Below the pieces are notes generated by a model. It was not told the DNA's origin and did not search any database. It saw only the letters and a list, made by a program, of their open reading frames with translations. A stretch of 64,000 nt of DNA from Ramazzottius varieornatus (lineage: Eukaryota > Animalia > Tardigrada). The stretch is from NCBI GenBank assembly GCA_001949185.1, contig BDGG01000002.1, positions 6,066,448-6,130,447 on the forward strand, in the 5' to 3' direction. The translations under genes were made by a program, and so were the position numbers. This document shows, one piece after another, positions 52,261 to 64,000 of this stretch; the stretch's first letter is position 1; each line of letters starts with the position of its first letter.

Positions 52261-55200
52261 TTATAAATCCGCTGCCGAATGCGTTACTCGTTCCTGATCT
52301 GCAAACAACAGCGCAGGAAATAAGTTCACTATTGTAAGTCGGTCAACTGATTTATGAGTTCCATTTCGTCTACCTGTCGTTTCGGTCTCCGGTTGTTCCG
52401 TTGAGTTCGTCGTTGAATCCGTCGAAGCTACGAATATTCAGAGTTACCGAACAGTATGAGGCACGATGCAAAGTTTTTCTTACTTTCTGAATCGGCTTGG
52501 TCCCCGGTTACGGTATCGTCTACATGCAGGTTCTCCTGCGACATCTTCTCGTCCAGCGGAATAGTATACTCTTGTTCGAGATCTGGTTCTGCATCCGGGC
52601 TGCTAGCGCCTTCGGTCACGTTCTCGATAACAGTTTCCCTCTTCTTCCCAGCATCCTTCTTCGTGTCTTTCTTCTTGCTCTCAGGCTTTGGTTTGGGCTT
52701 CGCAAACTTGGCCTTGTTGAGAAGATACTTCACTTCGCGGTCCAAAGCCCGAATCTTCTCCACTATGTCCGCCACGCGAAATACTGGAGCAGCAGTCAAA
52801 GCGGCAGCGTTCTGTTGTTTCACGCTAGCCTCTTGCCAGGCCTGCAAGAAGGAACTGTCCTTATACCATTCCGATCTTGTTAGGTCTTATTTGATTATGG
52901 TGTTAACTTACCTCCGTCTCGTTGATGAGTTTATGAAGGACATCAATTTCGGCTTCTGTGTACAGACCCAAACTGTTATTCGAAGCAAGCTGTAAGAATG
53001 CTCGGGAGGTGTTCAAATGTTTCTTTAAGTCTTCCAGAACGCGGGGCCGTCTCTCCGATTCAGTCACACGATCCTGTAAGTCTTTCATCGCGTCTTCCAA
53101 AGTCTTCATCTTCTTCTTGTAAACCTACCAAGAATATGATTAACGACAGTAAGACTCGTTAGTCTAGTGGGTTCGCTCAATCTAGACTTACATCTGCAGC
53201 TTGAATACCCGATTCCTCCTCGAGCCATTCCGATGCTTCGCGGAACACCTTCAGGATGCTCTCACGCTCATTCTCGGTGGACGCTTTTTCGTACTTCGAT
53301 TCGTAAATGATGTTTTGGACATGAAAGACATACGATTCGATAGTATTCCTGGCCTTTTCTTTCTCTTGCTTTTCTCGGTCCTTGTCATCCATGGCATTCA
53401 ACCTACGCAGACAAAGATCAGATGAAATTCTAAACCGAGTCGAGATTACCGCTTACCTTTTCCTGCTTTCTAAGCGATCCTTGTCCGGATAGTCCGCGAG
53501 GTCCAGGCGCATCGTGCTGTCTTTCAGCTTTTCCTTCACCGTGACTGTCTTGTTCACTTTGGTTACCGTAAAGACTTTGCCTGCTGATTCTGTCGAGTTC
53601 TCCGTCACGTTCTCCTTGCCTTCTAGCCCAGTCGCTGCATTAATCTCCTGACTGGGAGCCTCTGCCTGCGTAGCATTGTCATCGGAAGTGTTTGTCAGAG
53701 ATCCCGAGAAGAAGTTGGTAATCGACTGACTGATTTCTGCAAAAGCCAACACATTTTAGTAGAAAATGTCAAGTTCTCCAATTCTTTCCCAGTAAAGTTA
53801 TAAATTACGTACTCTCAATGGTCGAAGGCACTTCTTCTTCCTTTTCATGTTCGAAGGTCGCTTCGGCGTGATCGAGTTCGAAGATACCGCTGCTGTCGAC
53901 TCGGAAATGTGCTTTCACTCCTTTCGGCCTCTTGTCCGTATGCTTCGCAAAGGCTTCGGAGACCCCTTGCAACGAGACCGTGAACCGTAGTCCCGAAGCG
54001 GCGTACGAGTGTTCGATAGCGGGTAAGAAGTCCAAGTCCCCATACTTGACGTCGAAGGAGAAATCAGCTGAATGCTTGGGGAAAGTCAGAACTTTTCGTT
54101 GAGGATATCCATTTGATCGCCCAAAGAGAACCCTCTTCACTATCTTGCTCGTAGCCTCCGAAGGAACTGCATGAATATCGCAGTTAGCCATATTCACTGA
54201 AACCACATGATAGGATATCACTTTAATACTACCCACCTTCAGTCTCCGTGTTGCTGCTGGCTCCTCGTTCGAACTCAACAATAATTGGGAAAACAGTGCC
54301 ATCGATGATATCTAATGGTTGAACACGGAAGCCTTTGCTCAGATGCGCAGCTTGGTACACTGCGCCCAGTGCCACAGCTTCATCACTGTTCAGGCTTTTG
54401 CCCAACTCTGTCCTAAAGCGCAAAGACGACATCCTTACTTAGTTACAGTTCCCGGATTACGGTGATACAGTCATGCAGAAAAGGACGAACATACCGCTTG
54501 ACAGCTGTCATGAGCTCGTCTTGGACCTTCGGTATTCTGGTGCCGCCTCCGACGACAATCACGTTGGGGATTTCGCCCAGACTCATATCCGCTGCGCTGA
54601 CAGCTTGCTCGACGACCTTGCCCACCCTTTCAAAGACATCTGCACACATGGACTCCAGTTCGGCCCGAGTAATTTTGGTCTTGAAGTCCACATCATCCAT
54701 GAGGCTTTCGACCTAGGAAGAAGCATTAAATTCAGTTAACCAATGATCGAAACACATTGTGTCGCAAAATATCAGTCTACCTGCGCATTGGTTTCCGTGT
54801 TGGCACTCAGGATTCTCTTAACACGCGTAGCCTCTTTCAGCAGCTTGACCAGAGCCTGGGGGTTCTTCCATGCATCTTTCTTGCTCTGTTCGCCGAACTT
54901 CTTGATAAAGTGTTCTCGCAGCCGGAGGTCGATTTCCAGTCCTCCCAAGGTTCGGTCAAAGCCGGTGCCCTTCACAACCAGCTGTGCGCTTTCGAAGGCC
55001 TTTCCGTCGGTATCTTTCAGTTTGGTCATGTGGTATCCCACTACGGTAGCTGTCGTACTCGAGGCACCCATATCGTACAGCATGATGTACTGCGTTGTGT
55101 TGCTCATCTCCTTCCGTCGGAACACCCCATAGTTAACCGCGGCTACACAGACACCACACATCAGAACCCTCACTTAAGCGTAGAGTACCTTCTTGGTGCA

Positions 55201-56324
55201 AAGACATACCGGCAGTGTTGTCGTTGAGCAGTTGCAACAAATTCAACCCAGCCAGCTTTGCAGCATAGCTAACGGCCAGCCGTTCGTTTTGCGTGAAGAA
55301 AGGAGGGACTGTTATCACAGCGTCTGAGATCAGGTTTTCTAAGAACATTACACGGCTAAGTGAGGTGGCAACCAGGAACATTTGCAAGAAACGGACTTAC
55401 CGGCATATTTCTCTGCCAGCAGTTTAGAGTACCGCAGTACCATTGCCAGTAGCTCTTCCGGTGCATATTGGGTTCCACTAAACAAATGAAACACGTTGTA
55501 TCATTAGTACAGACTGCAGATGACTCAATGTGACTAACGAAGAGTCCACTGGTCTATTAAGAGGGTCCCACTTACTCGTCAAGCTTATACACGACCCGCT
55601 TGGACACGGGATCGTCGACCAGGTCGTACTGAGGAAACCTTTGATGGTACAGTTGCACCAGCTCGTGGCTTGTGTTCTTGCCTAGAAGATCCAGGAAGTA
55701 TACAAAGCAGCTCTTTGGCGCTCTTCCACACTGGAAAACAATACATGTAAAGACGGCGACCGGAAGTGCCATCGTGATGGACGTTAGTTCGTGCGTGATC
55801 AAGATGAACTGCACTTACGGTACTCCATGCAGCTTCTCCGAAAAATCTTTCCCCATTTCGGAAGGCAAGTGCAAGGGGTGTTTTGCGCTGAGATTCTCTA
55901 TGGAGGACATGAAATTACTGCAGAAGCAGGCTTAATTACTAAACGTTAACTGGCGGTACGTACGTATTCAGGACGATTTCCATCGGAACTCCCGGCTACG
56001 AAATAAGGACCGGTCAAAGATACCTTCTGCTAATTGATGCGTGTTTATGCGAAAACGCTGAAGACATTCAGTATTTCAATATGATCGGTTTGAAGAAGTA
56101 CGGAATAGGTGCAGATGACGTACCTTCACGATAGCAATCTTGATGAATTCATTACTGAGATCCACGGACATTGTTGCCAGACCAGCTGCACCAAAAGTAA
56201 AGCGGTTTAACACAGTGTCGTTGTACGGTATATTACGCAAACATCAGAAAAAAGGATCCTAACCTGACGATGTCCACGTCACTGCGAACAGCAAGCACAG
56301 GAACAGCAAACGTCTCTCCTCCAT
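52261..56324 (-). CDS. HYOU1: Hypoxia up-regulated 1 / Grp170 (ER Hsp70-family nucleotide exchange factor)
   Basis: Signal peptide MEERRLLFLCLLFAVTWTSSA, MSVDL, KPGVPMEIVLN.ES.RKTP, DAVITVPPFF, GFDRTLGG, VGGGTRIPKVQ, NSDEAVALGAVY, LDREVKYLLNK. Multi-exon; C-terminus ...HSAADL*. Confidence 0.94.
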
Positions 56325-56649
56325 TTCCCGTTGGCAATCGTAATGGAGCTAATACAGCACTTCAAACCTCCACATATAACCAGCAGAAGCGCAACTCCCA
56401 GCGCGTAGTGGCTTCAATCAGTCCAGGTGTTTGACCAGTTCCAGATGGTTAACACAGCATGCTACGCTCAGTGTTCCACCGGCGGATTCGATCCAGTAAT
56501 GCTCGAGCAGCGGCGTCCTTCCGGCCAGGCGAAAAAGCAATCCGTTGCGCTGTCGAAACCAAGGAACAGTGGTGCCTCCGTATGAGCCAGCGGTTTGAAC
56601 TGACCGCTGAGGAGATGAGGCACGAACTATAGAGGTTTGGATGCGAGGA

Positions 56650-56674
56650 AGAAACTTCACGAGAATTCGCGAAG
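56650..56674. promoter_or_regulatory. Heat-shock element upstream of HYOU1
   Basis: Five alternating pentamers aGAAa cTTCa cGAGa aTTCg cGAAg, four perfect and one GAG variant. Confidence 0.6.
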
Positions 56675-56811
56675 GAGTCTAATCTAGATTGCTACGAAAC
56701 ACAAGTGGCTTGTGAATCCGTCATCGACCTGCAGAGCTGAACTGTTCGGATTTTGCGCGAAGCACGGTATGTACGTCGCTGCTCTCTAACCTGTGCCTGC
56801 GCATATTGTAC

Positions 56812-56830
56812 CGTGGCGCTTTTCGATTGG
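56812..56830 (-). promoter_or_regulatory. ER-stress response element (ERSE) upstream of HYOU1
   Basis: The minus strand reads CCAAT-cgaaaagcg-CCACG, an exact CCAAT-N9-CCACG. Confidence 0.7.
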
Positions 56831-56857
56831 CCAACGTGGTGCTGACTTTGAAAGCAA

Positions 56858-56895
56858 TGTGCGCAAAGCCACTGTGCGCAAAGCCACTGTGCGCA
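56858..56895 (+). repeat. 15-bp tandem repeat (TGTGCGCAAAGCCAC, 2.5 copies)
   Basis: Directly visible, next to the ERSE. Confidence 0.8.
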
Positions 56896-59800
56896 CATTT
56901 GTTGTCGTTTTTTTTGTCCCAGACTCCCAGTGACTTTTGTCTGTCTCAACTCTCGATTCTCGAATCCCAGTTTCTGGACATCCCGTCTTCGCGTCCTTGC
57001 TCGAAATTACAATGGAGCCATACACTTTAGCGGGAGCAGGGACAGGCGCCGTGAACGTCCCGGAGCCAGACGTCCTGAAGCCGGAGCTACAGTGCGCCAC
57101 GGGCAATGCTGGATGGAAGACCTAGCGGAAGCGCAAAAGGATCCCAACTACTTCGATACTCAAACCATGCTGCACACACGACGTGAAGAGCCTGGGAACC
57201 TATTGTAGCAGGTTTTTGACAGTGCCCCGGTTGAAATCGTACGATGGCCGCTATTTTGTGCGTCGAAGAGGCTGCTGCCCGTAACTTCACGCTCCGGATC
57301 CGGGATTTGCCAGGAAGCAAACACAGAACGCGGTGGTGAATCAGGTAAACAAGCAGCAGCGTTTTGATAATCTCGTAATGTGAAATTCCCACAATTATAA
57401 TTACTGCGATTTTCACATGACGCCTCTTGTTTTCAGGCCTCGGACAGTTCGGTTTAGGGGATGACGGATTCTGATCGACAATCAGCATGTCAGGAGATGG
57501 ACAAGCACAAGCTTTTTCTTCCGTATCGCTGACTTTCCCCAGCCTCTCTACTGACTCTCGACCGGAAGGAGAGAAAGGATCGCCAAGCGCCTCGGAGGAG
57601 CTAGAAAGGGTCAGTGCTTATTTCCTTGTGATAACAAACAACTCAGTGAACCGTAGATGGGGCTAGCGGTGAACTGTACAATTAGTACAAGTCAGCATCT
57701 GGACCGAGCCACGGAATATTTCGAGATGTATTTCCGGGCCTGTCCAGACTAGCTGTTGCTCATGCGTGCCACAAGGCATGCAGAAGATGAATGAGGAAGT
57801 AGCCGAGAAATGTCTATCTTATATCTACGGCGTCACTGCGCTGGATTTGGCGGAAATGACGAAATACCATTCGAGCTACATTAGATCAAAGGCGGCCCGA
57901 TTGAACTATGAATCTTTAAGATACACATTTCGAGCGCATTCTCTCGAAAATCGCAAACTACTGTAACCCTCTATCGGAACTTTGTAATAGTATCTGGGTT
58001 TCGGCAGCCCAATTTCCGGAACATTGACTACTAACACGATTTTTCAGGAAACGGTGCTGAAGTTTTGGCACCCCAGGGGCAATCTTCAACTGCTAATGCG
58101 ATCGAGTATAATAAACATCGAGCAACCAGATTCTGACATCCATTTGGCCGTCTGACCAATGGTCAGTTGGCTACGTCGGGAAAGTCTGAAGGGGTTCGAA
58201 TTTTTAACTGAAAAACTTTTGGCGTCATGTAGCATGAAAATGCACAGGTAGTCGTTCTGGCATCAAACCCCCTGGCGGGGATGTTTCAGTTATTAATTAC
58301 CCCTGAAATTTTCCAGAGTGTCTTCCCAAAAGGGCGAACAGTTTGTTGAGACTTTGAGCCACGGCAAGATACGGCAAAGCTAATACCGATGTCCCTGAAT
58401 ATTCTCTCAGACTTCATGTCAAAAAAGGGTTCTTTGGAGACAGAAAAATGGTCCGGAAATTGGGCCTCCGAAACCCATCTATAGACTAGCGCTGCTGAAT
58501 TATGCGAGGTGTACAGGGTTCCACGTTTACTGTGTACCTTCTTTATTTAGGGTGCTGGAAGTCTATGCTTTTGGGTGTTCGTCATGTAGCCTAAAGCCCA
58601 GGACGACCATTAGGTCCGGGAGGGTGACCAGTTGGTGCGTACCTCACCAAAGACCTCTCTTTCTTCGAGGTGAGAAGAACTAGAACATCAATCCCGTTCG
58701 CTGCGATGTACCGCATTGAATGGCCACGGCAATATTCAAAGATCTTCGAACGCCCTCATGCCATCTGGGTCGTCGGAAACTTCCGTAAGTTGCTCGAACC
58801 TCCACACGACATCTGTGTTTGGTTTTTAGTAAAATATGCGCGGGCCTAGAGAAATAACGCAGCGTTCGTGAGCTCCTCTTCCAGGTAGTTATCGTGATCT
58901 GCGACGGCCCAGATGGTGTTGAGTTTTCCAGGCTCCAAGAGCCCATCATAACGTCCATGGCGGTACGAGCAAACGTACGAGCGGTACGGTATTACGAGCT
59001 AACGCTTTCAGAGCGACGGCGTTTTCGGCAAGAGGAGGTCTGGTTTTGCTAGAACCAGTATGGAAGATGTGGAGCACTGTGTCGCCTCCCTTATTTTCGG
59101 AAGCTGTGAAAGCCGTAATTTGCTCAGTTATTGAAATTCGGTAATACGAGGAGCGTCACGCGAAAGTGTGGCAGAATCGCTTGCAGCAGATATCATGCGG
59201 CGTTCATACACGCATCGATGAGCCGTGAGTGTAGCCGCCCCACAGCCGAGCATAAGCCCACTTTTGCTCTTCTCGCATCTTTGTACGCAATGTCTGCAAG
59301 AGCAAGTTTAGAACGTGCTGATCCACTGTTGGATACAAGTGTCGCTTTAAGCGTGTCGAAGAATATTCGCTCATTGAATCGCGAAGGGGGAAGGAAGCAC
59401 GCTCAATTGAGTCGATCTCTCGCCCGACTTTGACTTGCGCTCTCCGAGTACAACTTGCTTGGTTTTTGTGCTTGATTATGTCTGTGCATGCGGCGTAACT
59501 GGAAGTGTGTTTTTGCTTTCGTCAATTGGCTGGTTTGACATGATGCTCAGCCGACAGAATTATCCTTCGATATGCTACACTTGCATGGCCGATATATCCT
59601 TGTACGCTTTACTGCACCGGCTGTGATCGACTTATATACACACGCCCGAAAAACTCTCGAGGGTCTTTGACGTAGTGTTACGCCAGTATAGCTCACACAG
59701 CTGGATGAACGGCCCGGTCAGATCTAATAAGCGTTCGAGCTCGACAAATCTTCATTTACTGACGCGCCGCCGCATGTGCTACCCACTGCGTAATTCTTGT

Positions 59801-62800
59801 CATACACGGATCGCGAATTCAATAAACTAATACGGAGCGACATGTCGGTGTTTTTTCGTTCGACTTGGATAGTATTTACACTCTGTGTCTGATTCCGGCA
59901 TTTCTTGATTTTGCAACACGGATTTATCAACGCGAAAATTATGCCGGCTTGGAGACCTTCATGTCTAAGGCCCGAAAATGACTGCTTACGTGAGTAGCTC
60001 ATCCGTTACCTTTAGACGACTCTTGATATACTGATTTGAATAATTATTATCACTGCCGCGGTTCGAGCTTCCTGTTGGCGAGGTTAACTAGCGAGATAAT
60101 GCAGTCTGTAGCAGTAGGTTTGTTTGTGCGTGAGCACTTACATCTAGGTACTTCGAACGTGCTTCTCCGATCGTCGTAAATAAGAAGTTTAGCATCAGGA
60201 TTTCGAGTGTTTTAGAGTAGCTGGTAGTAGCTGGCACTTGAGAAAATTTGCTTCTTGTTGAATGACGTCACTGAGTTCAACTACCACTTCCGCCTGTCTA
60301 GGGGGAGAAAATCTTGTGTTGTTTTTTCTACGGTGGAATCGATAAAATTGCCATATACGAAGAAGGGTTGCTTTGTTTTGACGGTATTATAGTGTATTTA
60401 GTGTCGGGACAATCTAACCCTCGGGTTTGCTTAGTACTGATTGCTCCATCCAGTTTCTTGCCCGGATGAAAAGCCGGGGCTATTTGTCGCAAAGACTTTT
60501 ATGGACGACGGAGTATATTTATGTCCGCGGCTGACCCACATATTCTATGAGCGGCTATATGGGGCCCGTCATATACTGTATATGTGGAGGCGTCTTGCGT
60601 GTGTGGAGGCACTTTAAGTCGTATATTGCCAAGGTTATATTGTGCAGTGAAGAAAAATGATTAAATTTCTATTTTGCGCTTTCCATTTGAGACGACATGT
60701 ATGGTCAAAGATTCGCCATGACGCAGTGTTTGTCCGTTAATCGAGCAGTGCGACGTCTCAATAGATGGGCATAAACGATCTTTTGTCCGGTGCAATTGGG
60801 CGCTGTTAGGTGGACAGTGGTTGCGGTGTCAGAATGGCTTATGCTGAGAACGCCATGGACATGATGATGATCAATCTGGTTGAACCCGTTTACCTCATTA
60901 ACCATTCCGTGGCCGCCAATTCATGTCGCAGCTGTATAGCCGTCAAAAGCTATAATTTCTTCTCATAAAAAGTCATTGCTCTCTCAGACGATGCTTAAAA
61001 TGGATTTTCTTCTCCTTTTCGGACGCCGAAATATTTTTCAGATGCTTGTCGGCGATAACAAACGGTGCACGAGCCACGAGGAATAACTTTCTTCACGAAA
61101 GCCGATGATAATCCGCCTGTTTTTCAAAGCTAATTTCTTTGTGTGCTACGAAGAAGTTCGAGAAAAAGACACTGTTGTCCGGTGTCGACAGCCGAGATTA
61201 TTGCCGAGAAAAAACTCTTCCGAAAACTTTATTCACGTGTACGGTGTGTAGGCGAAAAGGAAAATCGAATGGCTCGGTGAACAGAGATGGCTGGATGAAA
61301 CTCTCTTCCAGGTACTCTGACGTCACAGCCCCATACTTTCCTCATTGAAGATTTAGGTTAATTACTTTATTACACGCGTCAGGCGATCAATTTGGACTCC
61401 AAAAGTCGCTAGGAAATATGATTGATGCCCTTTTGTATATTTTCAATTATTCACGAGGAAGCTCGAATCTCTGTTGGCTTTTTTTGGACAGACGTAGTGA
61501 CGTAGGGAAACATCGCCCCGCTCGTAATGATGAACGACAGCTGCTGCCATGCTAAAGCTATCTAAACGGCACCTTGTGTCCTCTTTGCAGGCTGCAGCTG
61601 CATGGATGTAGTTTTTTAGAGAACGAACCGGCATGATTTCTCGTCTGCAGATTTTTTACCACATTGATTTCTCGGTCGAAGATGCTTTCCCACCCATCAA
61701 AGTCATAAACAAACTTCTTGTCCGGTGACTGCTTGCACGAACAGCGCGCCCTTTCCTTCAATGAACTATCTCTTTGCTCACGCATACCCCATTCAAAGCG
61801 CCAAGTCTCCCGAATTTCAATTTCATACGCGAAGGACCACGCCCATTTCATAATAGTCCATGCAAGACGCGCGACTGTTTGTTCACAAGATGCTTTCATT
61901 TCCGTTTAATGCCACCGAATTACTTCCTCTTCTCTATCATCACCGACACCTTCCTACTGACTTTTCGAGTATGGTAGAATGGTCTTTTTCTAGCTATCAT
62001 AACATCTGAAGATGCTGGGAAAATAAACACGGATCGACGGTCACAGTACCAACAAGAGCGTCTTTTGAGAAGAGTACACACGCATCCACACTCTATGGTG
62101 TTCAAATCTCTCGCCAAATGCCACTATAACTGTCAACAGTGCCATTTGTAATTTCCAAACAATCACAGTATACTAAATAAATGACCTTAACTTTCTCTCA
62201 CCTACTCTCCTGCTGCTCCGCTCCATCACCACTGAAATTCCACCGGCTAGTTTCCATTTCTCAAGCAGTAAGATCGTAAAGCTCGGCAGCTAAAAGTAAC
62301 AGCTGTTCGAGCAACAAGTCTAATCATAAGTTAGGGCAGCAGCAATTTCGTTGACCGTCTTTCGAATGCTCCATTAAAACACTTAAATGTATACTTCTTG
62401 TGGGCTTCACCTCTGAAATATCGATCGTAAAACTAAATTGTCGCAAATTTGGCACCCACTAACCGACATCAAGAACCGTAATGCTAACAATTTGACTGCC
62501 CATGAAACTCTGTAGCACCCGAGTATGAAGCCGGACCAGGTCTCTGGATTCTTTCGCATATACAATAGCCGCTCCTTATGAAGAACCCCCTACGAAAACT
62601 TTCTTTTGCGTTCATCTCCGGGTCGGCACGACCCATTTCCTTAAACACTGTTTGCTGTGCAAGTGTAAATCCTCATCATTTATGTGGAGCTATCGCTCTG
62701 CTACATACAATTAGATATAACGAAGTTATGTACACTGGACTGTGGCTCAACTTCCATGGACGTTTGACCCGGAAGTATAAGAAGTCACGTGGGGTTCTTC

Positions 62801-64000
62801 ATAACGAGCGACTACTCAGAAGTATCTTGGAAATCTCTATTCTGTTCAAACTGAACGAAAGTTCGAATTTTATCTGCTGACGGATCCGGATAGTTTTTTA
62901 TTGAAAAAGCATTTGCTCCAGTCTGCAGTATCAATAGTTTCACTTGTCAATACGGCATCGCACGTACACTGCAGCAGTGTCCAAAATTCCTAGATGGTCT
63001 TCTACTAATGCGTTTTTATGTTGCAGCCCGCTCAACAAAGGACGTTGATGGCGAGGAAAGACCTTTTCTGACCACAGGTAATTATTCGTTTGGCAAAAGG
63101 CGGTATGAGTAACTTCTTGGAATAGCTTCTGCTTATGCTTGTGGTTGTAGATATATCGGACGCGAGATGCGATACGGTGGTGATCGAGCTTTATCGACGC
63201 GATCCAGGCAGCGGCATCGGCGTCATCGTAACCGGCAAGTATTCCCTTTTCCATTTGCTTATGCCGGAAGGCAAAAGAAGCACCCGCTACGGTCCGACCC
63301 TCTTACTGTACGCTAGCCTTCAGATTTAACAAGATTACGTACACTTGCGTTTGGGCCGGGACAGGCAGTGTTTTTCCCATATGTCTCGACCTCAGCTAAC
63401 AAGCTTGCATTGAAAGGTTCCCGGTTGGGTCGCCGCAGCGTACCGCACACCACTTATGCCGCAGTTAAAAGTTAAGACAGGGCCTGGGAAACAGGGATTC
63501 TCGAAAATCTGTTGATTCCTCAGCTGGTGGGGAAGCCGATTTTCGATTTTTTTATGCTGTCAGTTCCCCTTGGTAATCCCACTTGCAAGTGTACGGTTGG
63601 AGTCTTGGTTCATAGCTCTGTCTCCCAGGCACTATTTTCTTAAATGGGATAAATTGGCTGCATTTGGGCAAACGATATATTGAGATTTCCGATCAAGCAG
63701 GCCCTTTTTTGCCATCATTATGATATGACATGAACAATCAAGAAAATATTTGCGTGGTTGTTGTAAGAGGTAGACGCGAGGTGTTTGCCATTATCACGCC
63801 TAATCGAGGTCGGTTCTTACGTCGTTCTGTAACGGACCTTCATTAGCCAGCCCCTGATTTAGCTTGTACTTATTTTGATGATGGAAGATATCAAGAAGAT
63901 GCCACAAGTGATATGCTTTTGCAGGTGGAGCTGATCGAAATGAGTATCCGCGAATTTCCCAGATCAAGCCCGGCAGTCTGGCCGACAGGTACAAAACGTT

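Overview
Eukaryotic (animal) genomic DNA. It is gene-dense with many short (~60-100 nt) GT-AG introns, consistent with a compact invertebrate genome; tardigrade-like is my inference only. Conserved intron-containing genes, left to right: LEM/MSC inner nuclear membrane protein (-, runs off the left edge), DH-PH-FYVE RhoGEF (+), ELL (-), Fe65/APBB (-), adenylate kinase 7 (+), Miro (-), ClC-7-like exchanger (+), intron-containing tRNA-Tyr (+), ornithine decarboxylase (+), KLF10/11/cabut-like factor (+) and HYOU1/Grp170 (-). Two adjacent decayed DNA transposons (2949-7935 and 8071-10608) have AG...CT termini and ACT target-site duplications and belong to the PIF/Harbinger-like (PHIS) group. The last ~7 kb has no gene I can identify. 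Main observations: (1) a spliced 55-codon uORF that starts at ACG in a perfect GCCACC context in the AUG-free ODC leader, a candidate polyamine-sensing uCC, plus an 'MSCA' degron-like ODC tail; (2) a family of ~55-60 bp hairpin elements, most with a CCAAT loop, found six times, always in introns, four of them in ODC; (3) a three-ORF Pangu-like transposon; (4) a ClC-7 with three altered anion-site signatures; (5) HSE plus ERSE upstream of HYOU1; (6) a tRNA-Tyr with C56G; (7) a candidate spliced orphan gene. Exon structures were assembled by eye and no database searches were run.
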